DNA from: a virus
Lineage: Duplodnaviria > Caudoviricetes
Virus record (IMG/VR): IMGVR_UViG_3300013119_000886
Coordinates: 1-59,253 of that record
Length of the DNA stretch: 59,253 nt
Strand: one strand, 5' to 3'
This document shows positions 45,388-55,321 of this stretch, one piece after another (positions within the stretch are counted from its first letter, which is position 1; the number at the start of each line of letters is the position of its first letter). Under the pieces are notes generated by a model. The model was not told the origin of the DNA. It was given only the letters and a program-made list of their open reading frames with translations, and searched no databases. Both the position numbers and the translations under genes were made by a program.

Positions 45388-45945
45388 ATGAAAACCGGTC
45401 AATTTTGGTCATACACTGATTATGGTGTAGTGACTGATTCTTTAGTGGTTAAAAATAGCGAAAATTACTTTGCTGTTAAATCTGATATTACTGGTGAAGA
45501 GTTTATAATTGCACATGGGCTGAAGCATTTATGTAGCTATCATGATGTAGTCACTGATAGTAAAAAAGTTGGTAAAACAGTACTTGCGGAGCTATTTTTA
45601 CGTAATACTCGTACAATCATGACTGTAAATTTTAACAAACAATTGGATATTGATAGTGCTAAAAAGGCAATAAAAGAGTTGTATGCAAATAAAGGTGGCA
45701 ATTTGTTGAGTCAGTCTGATTATGAGCAAGAAGTAGACAAAATAGTACCACAGGTATTATCGGGTGAAGAGAGGACAATGATAGGTAGGCATTATGCTAA
45801 TGTTAACGATTTAGGTTATGTCCAGTTTATAGATATGGAAATACCCAAAGATTCTGACAAGGATTACGATAATCGCATTAGATTAGTAGATTCTAAACGG
45901 ATAAACTGGTTAATTGTTAATGACACTAAATATATAAGGAAGTAA
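45388..45945 (+). CDS. Hypothetical phage protein
   Basis: AGGAG SD; 185 aa. Confidence 0.65.
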   Translation: MKTGQFWSYTDYGVVTDSLVVKNSENYFAVKSDITGEEFIIAHGLKHLCSYHDVVTDSKKVGKTVLAELFLRNTRTIMTVNFNKQLDIDSAKKAIKELYANKGGNLLSQSDYEQEVDKIVPQVLSGEERTMIGRHYANVNDLGYVQFIDMEIPKDSDKDYDNRIRLVDSKRINWLIVNDTKYIRK

Positions 45946-45946
45946 T

Positions 45947-46682
45947 ATGGACACATCTATTTGGCAAACAATCCCAATTGTGTTATCTAAAGATGAACGT
46001 TCTGCATATATAAATATAGAGGACTATAGTAAAATAACCGCTTATGCTAGAAACCGCGTTATTGCTGAGGGTGTTGTAGAAGTTTATGGTGATGGTGAAT
46101 TTGATGAATACGATAATTTCCAATCTGAGTTTGTCAAAACTCTTTATTTATCTAAATTAAGTCAATCTGGCGGGACGTTGTGTATAGGCAAGTATATTCG
46201 AGTTATAGCTTGTAATTGTGATATTGACATATTGTTGTATTTAAAGGCTTAGATTATATGGCACTAAAATTTCATTATTTAATACCTGCTCATTTATTTT
46301 CTTGCAACCAAGCGAACTGTAATCAGCCCTACATTGCTGTAAATGGACAAGATGATAGGAGCAGAATAACAGAAGACAACTTTGTAATTGAAAATACTTG
46401 CGAACATGATGTACCATATGATATAATTGATGATGTTCGCAAGTATTTTATAAGAGTACTAAGAAAGGATTGTGGTAAATGACAGTTTGTCGTGCGTGTA
46501 AGACTGCAGTTAATGATAAAAACTTATATGTAGGTTATACTTGCGATTATTATTTGTGCGACAATCATGCTGCTAATTACAATTTTTGTTATTTATGCAA
46601 AAAACAATCCGATTATCTTCATAATAATGGAGTATGTAACAGTTGCAATTTATTTTTGGATAGTAAAGACGATTTTATTTAG
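45947..46682 (+). CDS. Three small hypothetical ORFs (45947-46252, 46258-46482, 46479-46682)
   Basis: Tightly packed and co-oriented; the last is Cys-rich. Confidence 0.5.
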
Positions 46683-46690
46683 GAGTAGAT

Positions 46691-47179
46691 ATGGAGGAAG
46701 CTCAAGTTAAGCGAAGTGGTGTAACTGTTTCAGTTAAAACACATTTTGGAACAGCTCACATTACTATGAATGATGTGAATAGTGTGCCGTATGAGGTGTT
46801 CATAACTATCGGTAAAGTTGGTAGCTCTATATCAGGTTTATCAGAAGCAATAGGTAGGTTGATTTCACTAAATCTGAAGTTATCAGATGGGGACGTTGAT
46901 ACAATAGTAGAGCAGTTAAGTGGTATAGGTGATAATTTGTCAATGGGTTTTGGCAAGCAAAAAGTATTATCATTATCTAATGCAATTGCTTCAACAATGA
47001 AAGAGCATTACATAGACAGCGGAAAAGAACCAGCACTATCTGGACAAAATGATACAAAAGAACCAATTAAAATACCAGTTTATAAAGGAGATTTATGTCC
47101 TGAGTGTGGCAATGCGTCCTTATTTAAATTAGAAGGATGTGATACTTGTAACTCTTGCGGATATTCTAAGTGTGGGTGA
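46691..47179 (+). CDS. Stand-alone class II ribonucleotide reductase C-terminal (TSCPD + Zn-ribbon) domain
   Basis: PYEVFITIGKVGS...EAIGRLISL...IVEQLSGI and CPECG...EGCDTCNSCGYSKCG. Confidence 0.85.
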   Translation: MEEAQVKRSGVTVSVKTHFGTAHITMNDVNSVPYEVFITIGKVGSSISGLSEAIGRLISLNLKLSDGDVDTIVEQLSGIGDNLSMGFGKQKVLSLSNAIASTMKEHYIDSGKEPALSGQNDTKEPIKIPVYKGDLCPECGNASLFKLEGCDTCNSCGYSKCG

Positions 47180-47384
47180 TAATATGGATTTAACAATAAC
47201 ATTAAATGAAAATTCACAAGCAATGAGAGAGATGCTGTTAGAATTACAAGATAGCAGTGATGTATCAGTTGAAGAATTTGACAATATGGTGTATATGGTT
47301 GGTATAATAAAGCTATACGATGAGATGGTAGTTTCAATAGTAGATATTATTGAAGCTGATTCAACTAGTACAGGTCAAGTAGCA

Positions 47385-47834
47385 TTAACTAATGACGGTA
47401 TCCAAATAGTCAAATAAGCCTTCAAGCTGTTTTTTTAGTAGTCTATTTTTGAGCTCCATATGCACTTTTGCGACAACATGATTTTTTCTGTTTTCAAACT
47501 GATTTGCGCAAGTGTTATTACAAAATAGTTGGTCTGGTTTGTGTGCGTTACATTTTGTATCACTAATTGTTTTATGACAATTTATGCACAAGGTATATGG
47601 CACGGTAGTTTGTCTATAGTATTGTTCTTGGCAATCATCAGAGCAAGTTAATTTACGTGCGTTAGTATTGCGTTTAAAAACTTTACCACATACTACGCAT
47701 GTTGCTTTTACAGTATATCTTTTAGGGTTAGTGTTTTTTTTCAGAGCTCTTACTTTGCATTTATCTGAACAATATTTAAACTTTTCTATTATACTATTGC
47801 ATCCAGTAGCAGCGCATAATTTCATATTAGTCAC
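47385..47834 (-). CDS. Cys-rich repeat Zn-finger protein
   Basis: Three C..C---(Y/T/F)CS..C-type repeats; GAGG SD. Confidence 0.65.
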   Translation of the reverse strand: MTNMKLCAATGCNSIIEKFKYCSDKCKVRALKKNTNPKRYTVKATCVVCGKVFKRNTNARKLTCSDDCQEQYYRQTTVPYTLCINCHKTISDTKCNAHKPDQLFCNNTCANQFENRKNHVVAKVHMELKNRLLKKQLEGLFDYLDTVIS

Positions 47835-47852
47835 CTCTTATTAAATATTACT

Positions 47853-48380
47853 ATGAAAACTGACAAGATACAAGAAGAAAACTTAGAGACTAGAGAGATA
47901 ACTAGGGAGAAAGCGTTTATTCACTATATTTTGTCTAACAACATTAGAGATATTGCTAGCAAAGCGGGTGTGGCAGTATCAACTATAACAAGATGGGTAG
48001 AAGATGGTAATTGGGCTGAACAGAAGCAGGGTCATTATGATTTAGTGCATAAGTATATGCTAGAGAGTTTAGAGAATAATTTAATCCCTAAACAGTTAGA
48101 GTTAATAGAAAGGGCTATTGAGAGACTATATGAACAATTAGAAACTTTAGATGAAGCTGAGACTGGTACTCGTTTAGATGTATGGCGTGGGTTTAATTAT
48201 GGTATTGAGGGTATAGAAAAGCTATTAGGTATTATTAGAGAGGCTAAAGATATTACTACTGACAAAGAAGAATCAAGCCCAATGATAGAATTAAGTGGTC
48301 AAGGGCAGACTGTTTATTTGCAGGCGTTACAGAAAGTGCAGGAAGATGACAGTTATGTGGAGGCTAAGGTAAAAAAATGA
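47853..48380 (+). CDS. Terminase small subunit candidate
   Basis: N-terminal HTH IASKAGVAVSTITRWVEDGNW and helical body, upstream of TerL. Confidence 0.6.
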   Translation: MKTDKIQEENLETREITREKAFIHYILSNNIRDIASKAGVAVSTITRWVEDGNWAEQKQGHYDLVHKYMLESLENNLIPKQLELIERAIERLYEQLETLDEAETGTRLDVWRGFNYGIEGIEKLLGIIREAKDITTDKEESSPMIELSGQGQTVYLQALQKVQEDDSYVEAKVKK

Positions 48381-48393
48381 AGGGTAAATTATA

Positions 48394-48789
48394 ATGGATA
48401 ATATCAAGATTAAATTAGACAGAAATATGGTTACCAATCATGTTGATATTTATGTAGTAGCACAAGATTTGAGTGGTCATATATCCTATTTAGTATGTGC
48501 GGATAATAAATTACTTGAATATATGGAAATGGCTGAAGGTTGTAGTTACCAAGATATAGAGCCTTTGATGTGTATTAGTGAAGAATCGTTTCAGCCTTTT
48601 ATGCTGGCATTGATAAGAGAATATAAATTGCAGTTTGAGGGTGCTGATAATGAGAAAGCAGCTTTGCAAGCTGTGTGTGATAGCTTAGAAGATGAAGTGG
48701 ATTTTTATAGAAGTATGTTTAAGGATTTTGCTGGTAATTTAAGTAAAGGAAATTTGCACGTAACTGTTACTGGTGCTGATGATAAATGA
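48394..48789 (+). CDS. Hypothetical protein
   Basis: Overlaps the TerL start (ATGA). Confidence 0.55.
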   Translation: MDNIKIKLDRNMVTNHVDIYVVAQDLSGHISYLVCADNKLLEYMEMAEGCSYQDIEPLMCISEESFQPFMLALIREYKLQFEGADNEKAALQAVCDSLEDEVDFYRSMFKDFAGNLSKGNLHVTVTGADDK

Positions 48790-51700
48790 GAAAAATACTG
48801 CAAGTATATAATGAAGTAAGAAATAGCAATGTACCGGAAGCGGAAAAATCACTGATAATAAAAACTATTAAACAGGAATATAGGCAATCTATAAAGGAAT
48901 TAGCTACTACTAAATTCTGGGCTTTTTGTGAATATTGTCTTAAAGATGAGCAAACTGGTGAGCATGTAGAATTGCAAGACTTTCATGTAGAATGGTGTAA
49001 TCTGGTTCAAGCCACAAAGAAACTTGTGTTATTCAGTAGTATTGAGTCAGGGAAATGCGTAGATGGTAATTCTTTAGTAGCTTTATCTGATGGCACTAGA
49101 AAATTAGCTAGTGAAATAGTTATTGGTGATGAAGTATTATCAATGGATAGTAGATGGAAGATACAACCAACTAAAGTTGTTGCCACTGAGTGCAATGGTC
49201 ATAAAGACTTATTAAACATTACTACCCAATCTGGAAGAAATATCAAGGTAACTGCAAACCATAAGTTTTATATATTGGGTGAGAAGTGGATAGCAACTAG
49301 TAGATTAAAAATAGGGGATAGGATTGCGACACCAAGATTGTTGCCAGTAAAGAATGGCAAAGCTAATATTGATAATCGTATTGAACTGTTAGGTTATTTA
49401 ATAGCTGAGGGTCACTTGAATAGTTCCACTCCATCAATAACAACTGCTGATGATGATATTCTAAATCGTGTTAGGTTTTTAGTAGAGAGTCTCGATTTAA
49501 AATTATCTAATAGTGATGGCAGGTATACTTACAGGATATGCAAAAAAGGTAAAAAGAACCCTACTTATAAAAGCTCTATTGCCGACTGGTTAGAGGAAAT
49601 AGGCTTATTAGGGAAAAAGTCACATACGAAACTGATTCCTGAATGTGTTTTTAGTGCAAGTAATGATGAAAAGGCTTTATTTTTATCTGCATTATTTTCT
49701 GGTGATGGTCATGTTAGAAATGGTAAGCCTCGTTTAGTATCTTATACTTCTGTTAGTAAACGGTTAATAAATGATGTTCAATCATTATTACTTCATTTTG
49801 GCATATTATCTCAGATACACTCAAGATATACCAAGTATGACAATAGCGGCAAAGAGTTTTTGTCTTATAGATTAATGATCGGGAATAAAGAAAGTTTATT
49901 GAACTTTAAAAATACTGTTAAGTATTTATATCCTATTCACAAAACAGAAAGAATGGAGGCTTGGAGTTGGGATAGAATTTCTTGCGGTAACTTGGATGGT
50001 ATACCTGTTGCATGGAAAAAATATCAATATTGGAATGATTTTAGGCACGAAATATTATATGGGAAGAACCCTGCGATTATGAAGTATGAGGTTACTTCTA
50101 GAGAGAGAGTATATCAGATAGCTAATAACGAGATAAATGATTCTCAGATAGTAATGGATTTTGTTAATCCTAAAGTGTTAATGGATTTAGCTACGTCAGA
50201 TATTTTCTGGGATAAAATTGTATCTATAGAAAATGCTGGCGATGATTTAACTTATGATATTCAAGTAGAAGACAACCATAATTTTATAGTAAATAATTTT
50301 ATTACTCACAATTCTTCCATTCTATCAATAGGTTATCCCTTGTTTGTTTTAGGTAATAATGCGTCATTACGTGCTGCTATAGTGTCAAATGTAGCTACAG
50401 CAGCAAGTAAGTTTCTAGGTGCAATCAAGGAATATATATTGCGAGATAAAGATGTGCAAGCTGTATTTCCTGATTTAAAGCCAATGAAAGACAGGGTCAA
50501 TCCTAATAGAAACGAGAAATGGACTGATAGCGCTATAATTGTTGAGCGTCCCTTTATTTCTAAAGATTTCAGTCTTCAAACTTTAGGTGTTAAAGGTCCT
50601 TTATTAAGTTCTAGGTTGAACTTGCTTATACTAGACGATGTGTTGGACAAAAAAAATACTGACAGTGAAACAGAAAACACAAAAATAATTGAGTGGCATG
50701 ATGCTATTGCTAAGGGGCGGCTAGTAACTGATGCACAAGAAATAGTTGTTGGTACAGCGTGGGGCCCGTCGGACATGATGCACTATTTATCAGACAAAGA
50801 AGAATATACTACTGTTAAGTATTCAGTAGAGCAAGAAGACGTGGATGCTGGTACTCACAAGTTAGTTTATTGGCCGGACAGGCATCCTAGAGAAAAATTA
50901 GATGCTGAAAGAAGATATAATCCTGATGAGTATAATAGGCAAAGAAGAAGTAGAGTATCATCTAGAGATACCCAAGAATTTCACGATTATGTAGAGAATT
51001 ATATAGACAAATCAGTAGAAGTTGGTGAAGACTGGATTAAGTTTACAGGTATAGATTTATCATCGTCTAAGCGACCTGGTGACGTTATTTGTGACGTGGC
51101 AGTTTCTCCTGATTTGCAAAAAAGAGTAGTTGTTGATATTGAGTACGGTCAATGGAAAGCAAATATAAGAGCAGAGCATATAGGTGCTCATTATGATGTA
51201 CACAACCCAAGAATAGTTAGTGTAGAAGATAATGCTTTACAAAGTGATAACTTGGAATGGATGGAAGTGGTGGGTTATAAGCATTTACCATTACAAGGGT
51301 TTACAACTACTGGTGCTAATAAAGATGGTTTAGTGATGAACAACGCTATTGAATTACGCAATGGTTTATGGCGTTTTAAAGTTTTGCATGATTTTGATGA
51401 GATATGTAAATGTCATTGGTGTAGATTTATTAAAGAAGTGAAGAATTATCCTGATTACAAAACCTCAGATGGATTTATGGCGTGGTTATTAGCAAGTGAA
51501 GCAGCTAGGAGTATAGCAAGCAGAGAACCTAGATTTAGAATATTAGATTTAAACCAAGATATTGCAACAGCAGCGTTGCTGGCTAATAAGCCAGTATTTA
51601 CATTAGCTGATTATAGCATAAATAATCGCTTAACTTCACCAGATTTTATACCACCACCTGATTATGCTGATATAGTAAAAGAGATTATTCGTAATGATGG

Positions 51701-51797
51701 CAATGTTGTGGAATTTGATATATATGATAGTGAAGATGTTTTATACGTACATGCTGAAATGAATAGGGTTATAGGGATACTAAATGGAGAATCTTAG
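48786..51797 (+). CDS. terL: Terminase large subunit (intein-containing)
   Basis: Walker A ESGK|S split by the intein, Walker B LLILDD, VVGTAW and nuclease GIDLS; followed by the portal. Confidence 0.9.
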   Translation: MRKILQVYNEVRNSNVPEAEKSLIIKTIKQEYRQSIKELATTKFWAFCEYCLKDEQTGEHVELQDFHVEWCNLVQATKKLVLFSSIESGKCVDGNSLVALSDGTRKLASEIVIGDEVLSMDSRWKIQPTKVVATECNGHKDLLNITTQSGRNIKVTANHKFYILGEKWIATSRLKIGDRIATPRLLPVKNGKANIDNRIELLGYLIAEGHLNSSTPSITTADDDILNRVRFLVESLDLKLSNSDGRYTYRICKKGKKNPTYKSSIADWLEEIGLLGKKSHTKLIPECVFSASNDEKALFLSALFSGDGHVRNGKPRLVSYTSVSKRLINDVQSLLLHFGILSQIHSRYTKYDNSGKEFLSYRLMIGNKESLLNFKNTVKYLYPIHKTERMEAWSWDRISCGNLDGIPVAWKKYQYWNDFRHEILYGKNPAIMKYEVTSRERVYQIANNEINDSQIVMDFVNPKVLMDLATSDIFWDKIVSIENAGDDLTYDIQVEDNHNFIVNNFITHNSSILSIGYPLFVLGNNASLRAAIVSNVATAASKFLGAIKEYILRDKDVQAVFPDLKPMKDRVNPNRNEKWTDSAIIVERPFISKDFSLQTLGVKGPLLSSRLNLLILDDVLDKKNTDSETENTKIIEWHDAIAKGRLVTDAQEIVVGTAWGPSDMMHYLSDKEEYTTVKYSVEQEDVDAGTHKLVYWPDRHPREKLDAERRYNPDEYNRQRRSRVSSRDTQEFHDYVENYIDKSVEVGEDWIKFTGIDLSSSKRPGDVICDVAVSPDLQKRVVVDIEYGQWKANIRAEHIGAHYDVHNPRIVSVEDNALQSDNLEWMEVVGYKHLPLQGFTTTGANKDGLVMNNAIELRNGLWRFKVLHDFDEICKCHWCRFIKEVKNYPDYKTSDGFMAWLLASEAARSIASREPRFRILDLNQDIATAALLANKPVFTLADYSINNRLTSPDFIPPPDYADIVKEIIRNDGNVVEFDIYDSEDVLYVHAEMNRVIGILNGES
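49056..50312 (+). mobile_element. Intein with LAGLIDADG endonuclease in TerL (419 aa)
   Basis: CVDGNS...TANHKF...LLGYLIAEG...FLSALFSGDG...TYDIQV...FITHN|S. Confidence 0.95.
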
Positions 51798-51824
51798 TGT
51801 ATAATTTGGAGCCTGAATTAAAAC

Positions 51825-51853
51825 TTGCTATTTAATTGCAGTTGTGGTAGAAT
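51825..51853 (+). promoter_or_regulatory. Sigma70-like promoter upstream of portal
   Basis: TTGCTA-N17-TAGAAT with extended -10 TG. Confidence 0.5.
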
Positions 51854-51875
51854 GTAGTAAAAGCTAATTATTCTT

Positions 51876-53432
51876 GTGGTAATGGTGATAACTATGATTG
51901 ATAGAATAGTAGATAAGTTGGTAAAGATACCTTCAGTTCGTAGGGCTGTAACCCAAATAAGTAAATCGGTTAGCACATCTATTGCAGAACAACCTGCAAG
52001 TGTAGCCCAAGAAACTCGCAGCAGTGGTACAAGATCGGTAGTGTACAATGACGAGCAGTATTATGCTGTTGATGCAGATACAGATACTCAAACAGCTAGG
52101 AGTGACCTAAGTACTTACCTTAACTTATACAGGTCGTTATTATGGGTATTTAGAGGTGTGCATACTATTGCTAGTAACGTTGCTATGGTCCCCCTTAAGG
52201 TTTGGGAGCCTGTATCTCCAGTTGAAAGAAATGAATATAAAATCCATCCTATATATAAGTTATGGAGAAACCCTAATAATCTAAACACCAGATTTGATTT
52301 GTTATTTAAAACATCGTCATTCATGGAGTTAGCTGGTGAAGGTTATTGGTTTTTGGAAAAAGCGGCTACTGGTTTACCTCATAAACTACATCTGCCTAGG
52401 CCTGATAGGGTAGAATCAAAAATAGATGGCAATACGGATAAGTTGGTTTATACAAGGCAAAAGCAAAAATCTATTCCTGAACTTTGGGCAATGGAAGATG
52501 TAGTTCATTTCAAACATTTTAATCCTATAAGTGATTATCAAGGCTTTCCTACCGTCGCAGCTTTTGAAGACAACTCCATCATTGAGTTATATTTGTTGTT
52601 ATATGGTAAAACATGGTTTAAAAATGCGATTTATCCCTCCCAGATGTTTCAATCATCTGCTAGATTAAGTGATGCAACTTTTGAGCGATTTCACGCAGAG
52701 ATGAAAAGATTACATGCAGGTGTTCAGAATTGGGGTAGAGTAATGTTGCTAGACGAAAACATTGCTCCAATAGACGATCAAAGAAAAACACCTTCAGATA
52801 GTGAGTTTTTAGCCAATAGAGAAAATACTAGGGAAGAAATACTTATGGGTTTAGGCTGTTACCATACTGTTGCTTTGTTACAAGGCAGAAGTGGTTCAGA
52901 TTTAAGAGAAGCTAAAAGAATATTTTGGGAAGATACAATGTTGCCTAGGTTAACTAATATTGAAGAAACTATATCCAAAGAGTTGCTGTGGTCTAGTTAT
53001 CCTGAATCTGAAGATTTAGTAGTGCAATTTGATTTGCGTAAAATTAAAGGTTTAAGGGATGATACTTTGCAAGAATCTTTAGCTAATTACCGATATTGGC
53101 AGATGGGAGTTTCAACCCCTAATGAAATTAGGCAAGAATTAGGTATAGATGGTAAAACTGAATGGGGAGATGAACGTCCTCCCACAATGCCAACAGCTAG
53201 AAGCAAAACTCTACCTAATGAAGAAAGGGCATTTTTAGAAGCATCTTTACCTCATCCTGAGAGATATGATGAAAGCACCGAAAAGGTATATAATAGATTA
53301 GATGACGCTGCTAGTGAAATTGCTTTTGAGTTAAATAGTGAGTTAAGTGACAAATCTAATGGAGATAATCGAATCACTGAAGCTATGATTAAAGATTGCT
53401 TGCTAAAAGAGTGGCACAATAATTGGGTTTAA
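51876..53432 (+). CDS. Portal protein (HK97-like)
   Basis: WVFRGVHTIASNVAMVPL, NPN, GEGYW, DVVHFK, G.P, WFKN..P, and STPNEIRQELG. Confidence 0.92.
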   Translation: MVMVITMIDRIVDKLVKIPSVRRAVTQISKSVSTSIAEQPASVAQETRSSGTRSVVYNDEQYYAVDADTDTQTARSDLSTYLNLYRSLLWVFRGVHTIASNVAMVPLKVWEPVSPVERNEYKIHPIYKLWRNPNNLNTRFDLLFKTSSFMELAGEGYWFLEKAATGLPHKLHLPRPDRVESKIDGNTDKLVYTRQKQKSIPELWAMEDVVHFKHFNPISDYQGFPTVAAFEDNSIIELYLLLYGKTWFKNAIYPSQMFQSSARLSDATFERFHAEMKRLHAGVQNWGRVMLLDENIAPIDDQRKTPSDSEFLANRENTREEILMGLGCYHTVALLQGRSGSDLREAKRIFWEDTMLPRLTNIEETISKELLWSSYPESEDLVVQFDLRKIKGLRDDTLQESLANYRYWQMGVSTPNEIRQELGIDGKTEWGDERPPTMPTARSKTLPNEERAFLEASLPHPERYDESTEKVYNRLDDAASEIAFELNSELSDKSNGDNRITEAMIKDCLLKEWHNNWV

Positions 53433-53435
53433 ATA

Positions 53436-55313
53436 ATGCAAAAAATAATACAACTACATCCAACTAGCGATTGCAATCGTATTGGCAGTAAAGAATGTTC
53501 GTTTTGTTCTTACAGAGATAATGACGATAAACATTATCTTGATAAAAATAGGATGATAAATGCTTTGATAGATGGGGTATGTTATGATTATAATATAGCT
53601 AAATTTAGTGGCGGTGGAGAACCTTTACTTCATCCTGATATAGAAAATATAATGTCAATAGCGCAACTATTTGGCTACACAAACTATCTACAAACTAATG
53701 GTGACTATTTGCAAAATGTGCATAGAGATTTAGTGCATGATATTCGTGTTAGCTTTGGTGATGGTATTAAGTTTTCTGTACCAAAAATCAAAGTAGATGG
53801 ATATTCTTATGTGGTGACAAGTCAGCCAGATTATAATAATCTTAACAATTTGATTGATTATGCAATTTGCACTAAGAGTTATGTGAAAGTGACTCAAGAC
53901 GATACTGGTAGTAACGTTCCTTCTATTAGGGAAATAATATCTAACACAATTGAATCACCATTAGTTACCTACTGGGATGTAAATGTTTACCACCAAGGGT
54001 TTATAACTTGCCCTTCTGCTATAAAGTCTCCAGTGCTGGGATATGATGGTTATTTTTACCCATGCTGTTTAGATGAGAATGAGCCTGTTGTTATTATCAG
54101 AAATAACGAGTTGCATAATATTCCTATTAAGCACACAAAAATAGGAGATTATTGTTTTGATAATGGGTATATTGAGAGTAAGTTTGTTCGTAGTGGCGAA
54201 GAAATATTAGAGTTCATACTTAGTTTAGGTAAAAGTATAAGAGTATCTAAAGACCATACCATGCTAGTAGGAAGCGATATTGTATTTAAAAATGAGTATT
54301 GGGCTAAGCGTTCTAAGGAGATTGATAGCTACCAGTTAATAGAAAAAAAGGCATCAGAAATAGGTATTGGTGATATGCTGCCTGTTATTACAAATGTTGA
54401 AGTGCCTATTGCTGTTACAAATATACCTTTGGAAATGTATAGTATTTTAGGTTATTATGTTGCTGAAGGTTGGTTTAGTGAGGAAAAGAAGCAGGTAGGT
54501 TTTATGTTTGGCCATAAGGAAAACGCATGGAAAATATTTGAACAGTTAATGTTTGCTTTGGGCATTACATATAGGGTTTATATACGAGAGACTGGTAGAC
54601 AATATAGTATATATGATGCTAGCTTAATGCAGTATGTTAGATTATGTGGTAGTAAAAGCTATTTGAAATGTATACCTAGTATGGTTTTTAATTCTTCTAT
54701 TGAGGCAAAAAAAGCATTTTTAAAAGCGTACATTGACGGTGATGGTTATGTACAATTTCCTAGCAAGCATTGTAATGGTTTCAAATTATCTTCTTGTACT
54801 GTAAGCAGGCAGCTAGCTAGTGACTTGATTTTGCTTTATTGGCAGTTAGGTATAACCGCCGGTGTTTTTAATGATGGTGTAGAGCAAATAGAAGGAAGGC
54901 AGGTAAATATTCGTGATAGGTATAGAGTTAGAGTTAGTGGTTATTATAACTTAAAGCATATTAAGGATATTTTATGTGTTGATATTTATAAAGGTGCTAA
55001 GAGTCAGAAAAAAGCACTTGGTTTTCCTAAAACTAACAATTTAATGTTTTTGCCTGTAAAGAAGATTGGCACTTTTAATAGTCAGAAACTATATGATATT
55101 TCTGTTAGTGGAACAAACTCTTTTTTCGCTGGTGTTGGCGGAGTATTAGTTCATAATTGCAGAACCCAATATGCCAAAGAGCCAATGTGGGGTTACAATA
55201 AATCTATGCGGATGGCAGGGAATTTTCCTTTTAGTTTTGATGGCAGAGGTTGCACTAGATGTTATTATGATATAAATACTAATCGAAACCCTAATTGTGT
55301 TGAGAATATCTGA
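53436..55313 (+). CDS. Radical SAM protein with intein (about 261 aa after splicing)
   Basis: CNRIGSKECSFC (Cx7Cx2C), SGGGEPLLHP, QTNG, RVSF, DGYFYPC|C and CTRCYY. Confidence 0.85.
   Translation: MQKIIQLHPTSDCNRIGSKECSFCSYRDNDDKHYLDKNRMINALIDGVCYDYNIAKFSGGGEPLLHPDIENIMSIAQLFGYTNYLQTNGDYLQNVHRDLVHDIRVSFGDGIKFSVPKIKVDGYSYVVTSQPDYNNLNNLIDYAICTKSYVKVTQDDTGSNVPSIREIISNTIESPLVTYWDVNVYHQGFITCPSAIKSPVLGYDGYFYPCCLDENEPVVIIRNNELHNIPIKHTKIGDYCFDNGYIESKFVRSGEEILEFILSLGKSIRVSKDHTMLVGSDIVFKNEYWAKRSKEIDSYQLIEKKASEIGIGDMLPVITNVEVPIAVTNIPLEMYSILGYYVAEGWFSEEKKQVGFMFGHKENAWKIFEQLMFALGITYRVYIRETGRQYSIYDASLMQYVRLCGSKSYLKCIPSMVFNSSIEAKKAFLKAYIDGDGYVQFPSKHCNGFKLSSCTVSRQLASDLILLYWQLGITAGVFNDGVEQIEGRQVNIRDRYRVRVSGYYNLKHIKDILCVDIYKGAKSQKKALGFPKTNNLMFLPVKKIGTFNSQKLYDISVSGTNSFFAGVGGVLVHNCRTQYAKEPMWGYNKSMRMAGNFPFSFDGRGCTRCYYDINTNRNPNCVENI
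54066..55157 (+). mobile_element. Intein with LAGLIDADG endonuclease in radical SAM gene (364 aa)
   Basis: CLDENEPV...SKDH...ILGYYVAEG...FLKAYIDGDG...LYDISV...VLVHN|C. Confidence 0.93.
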
Positions 55314-55321
55314 AGGTAGGT

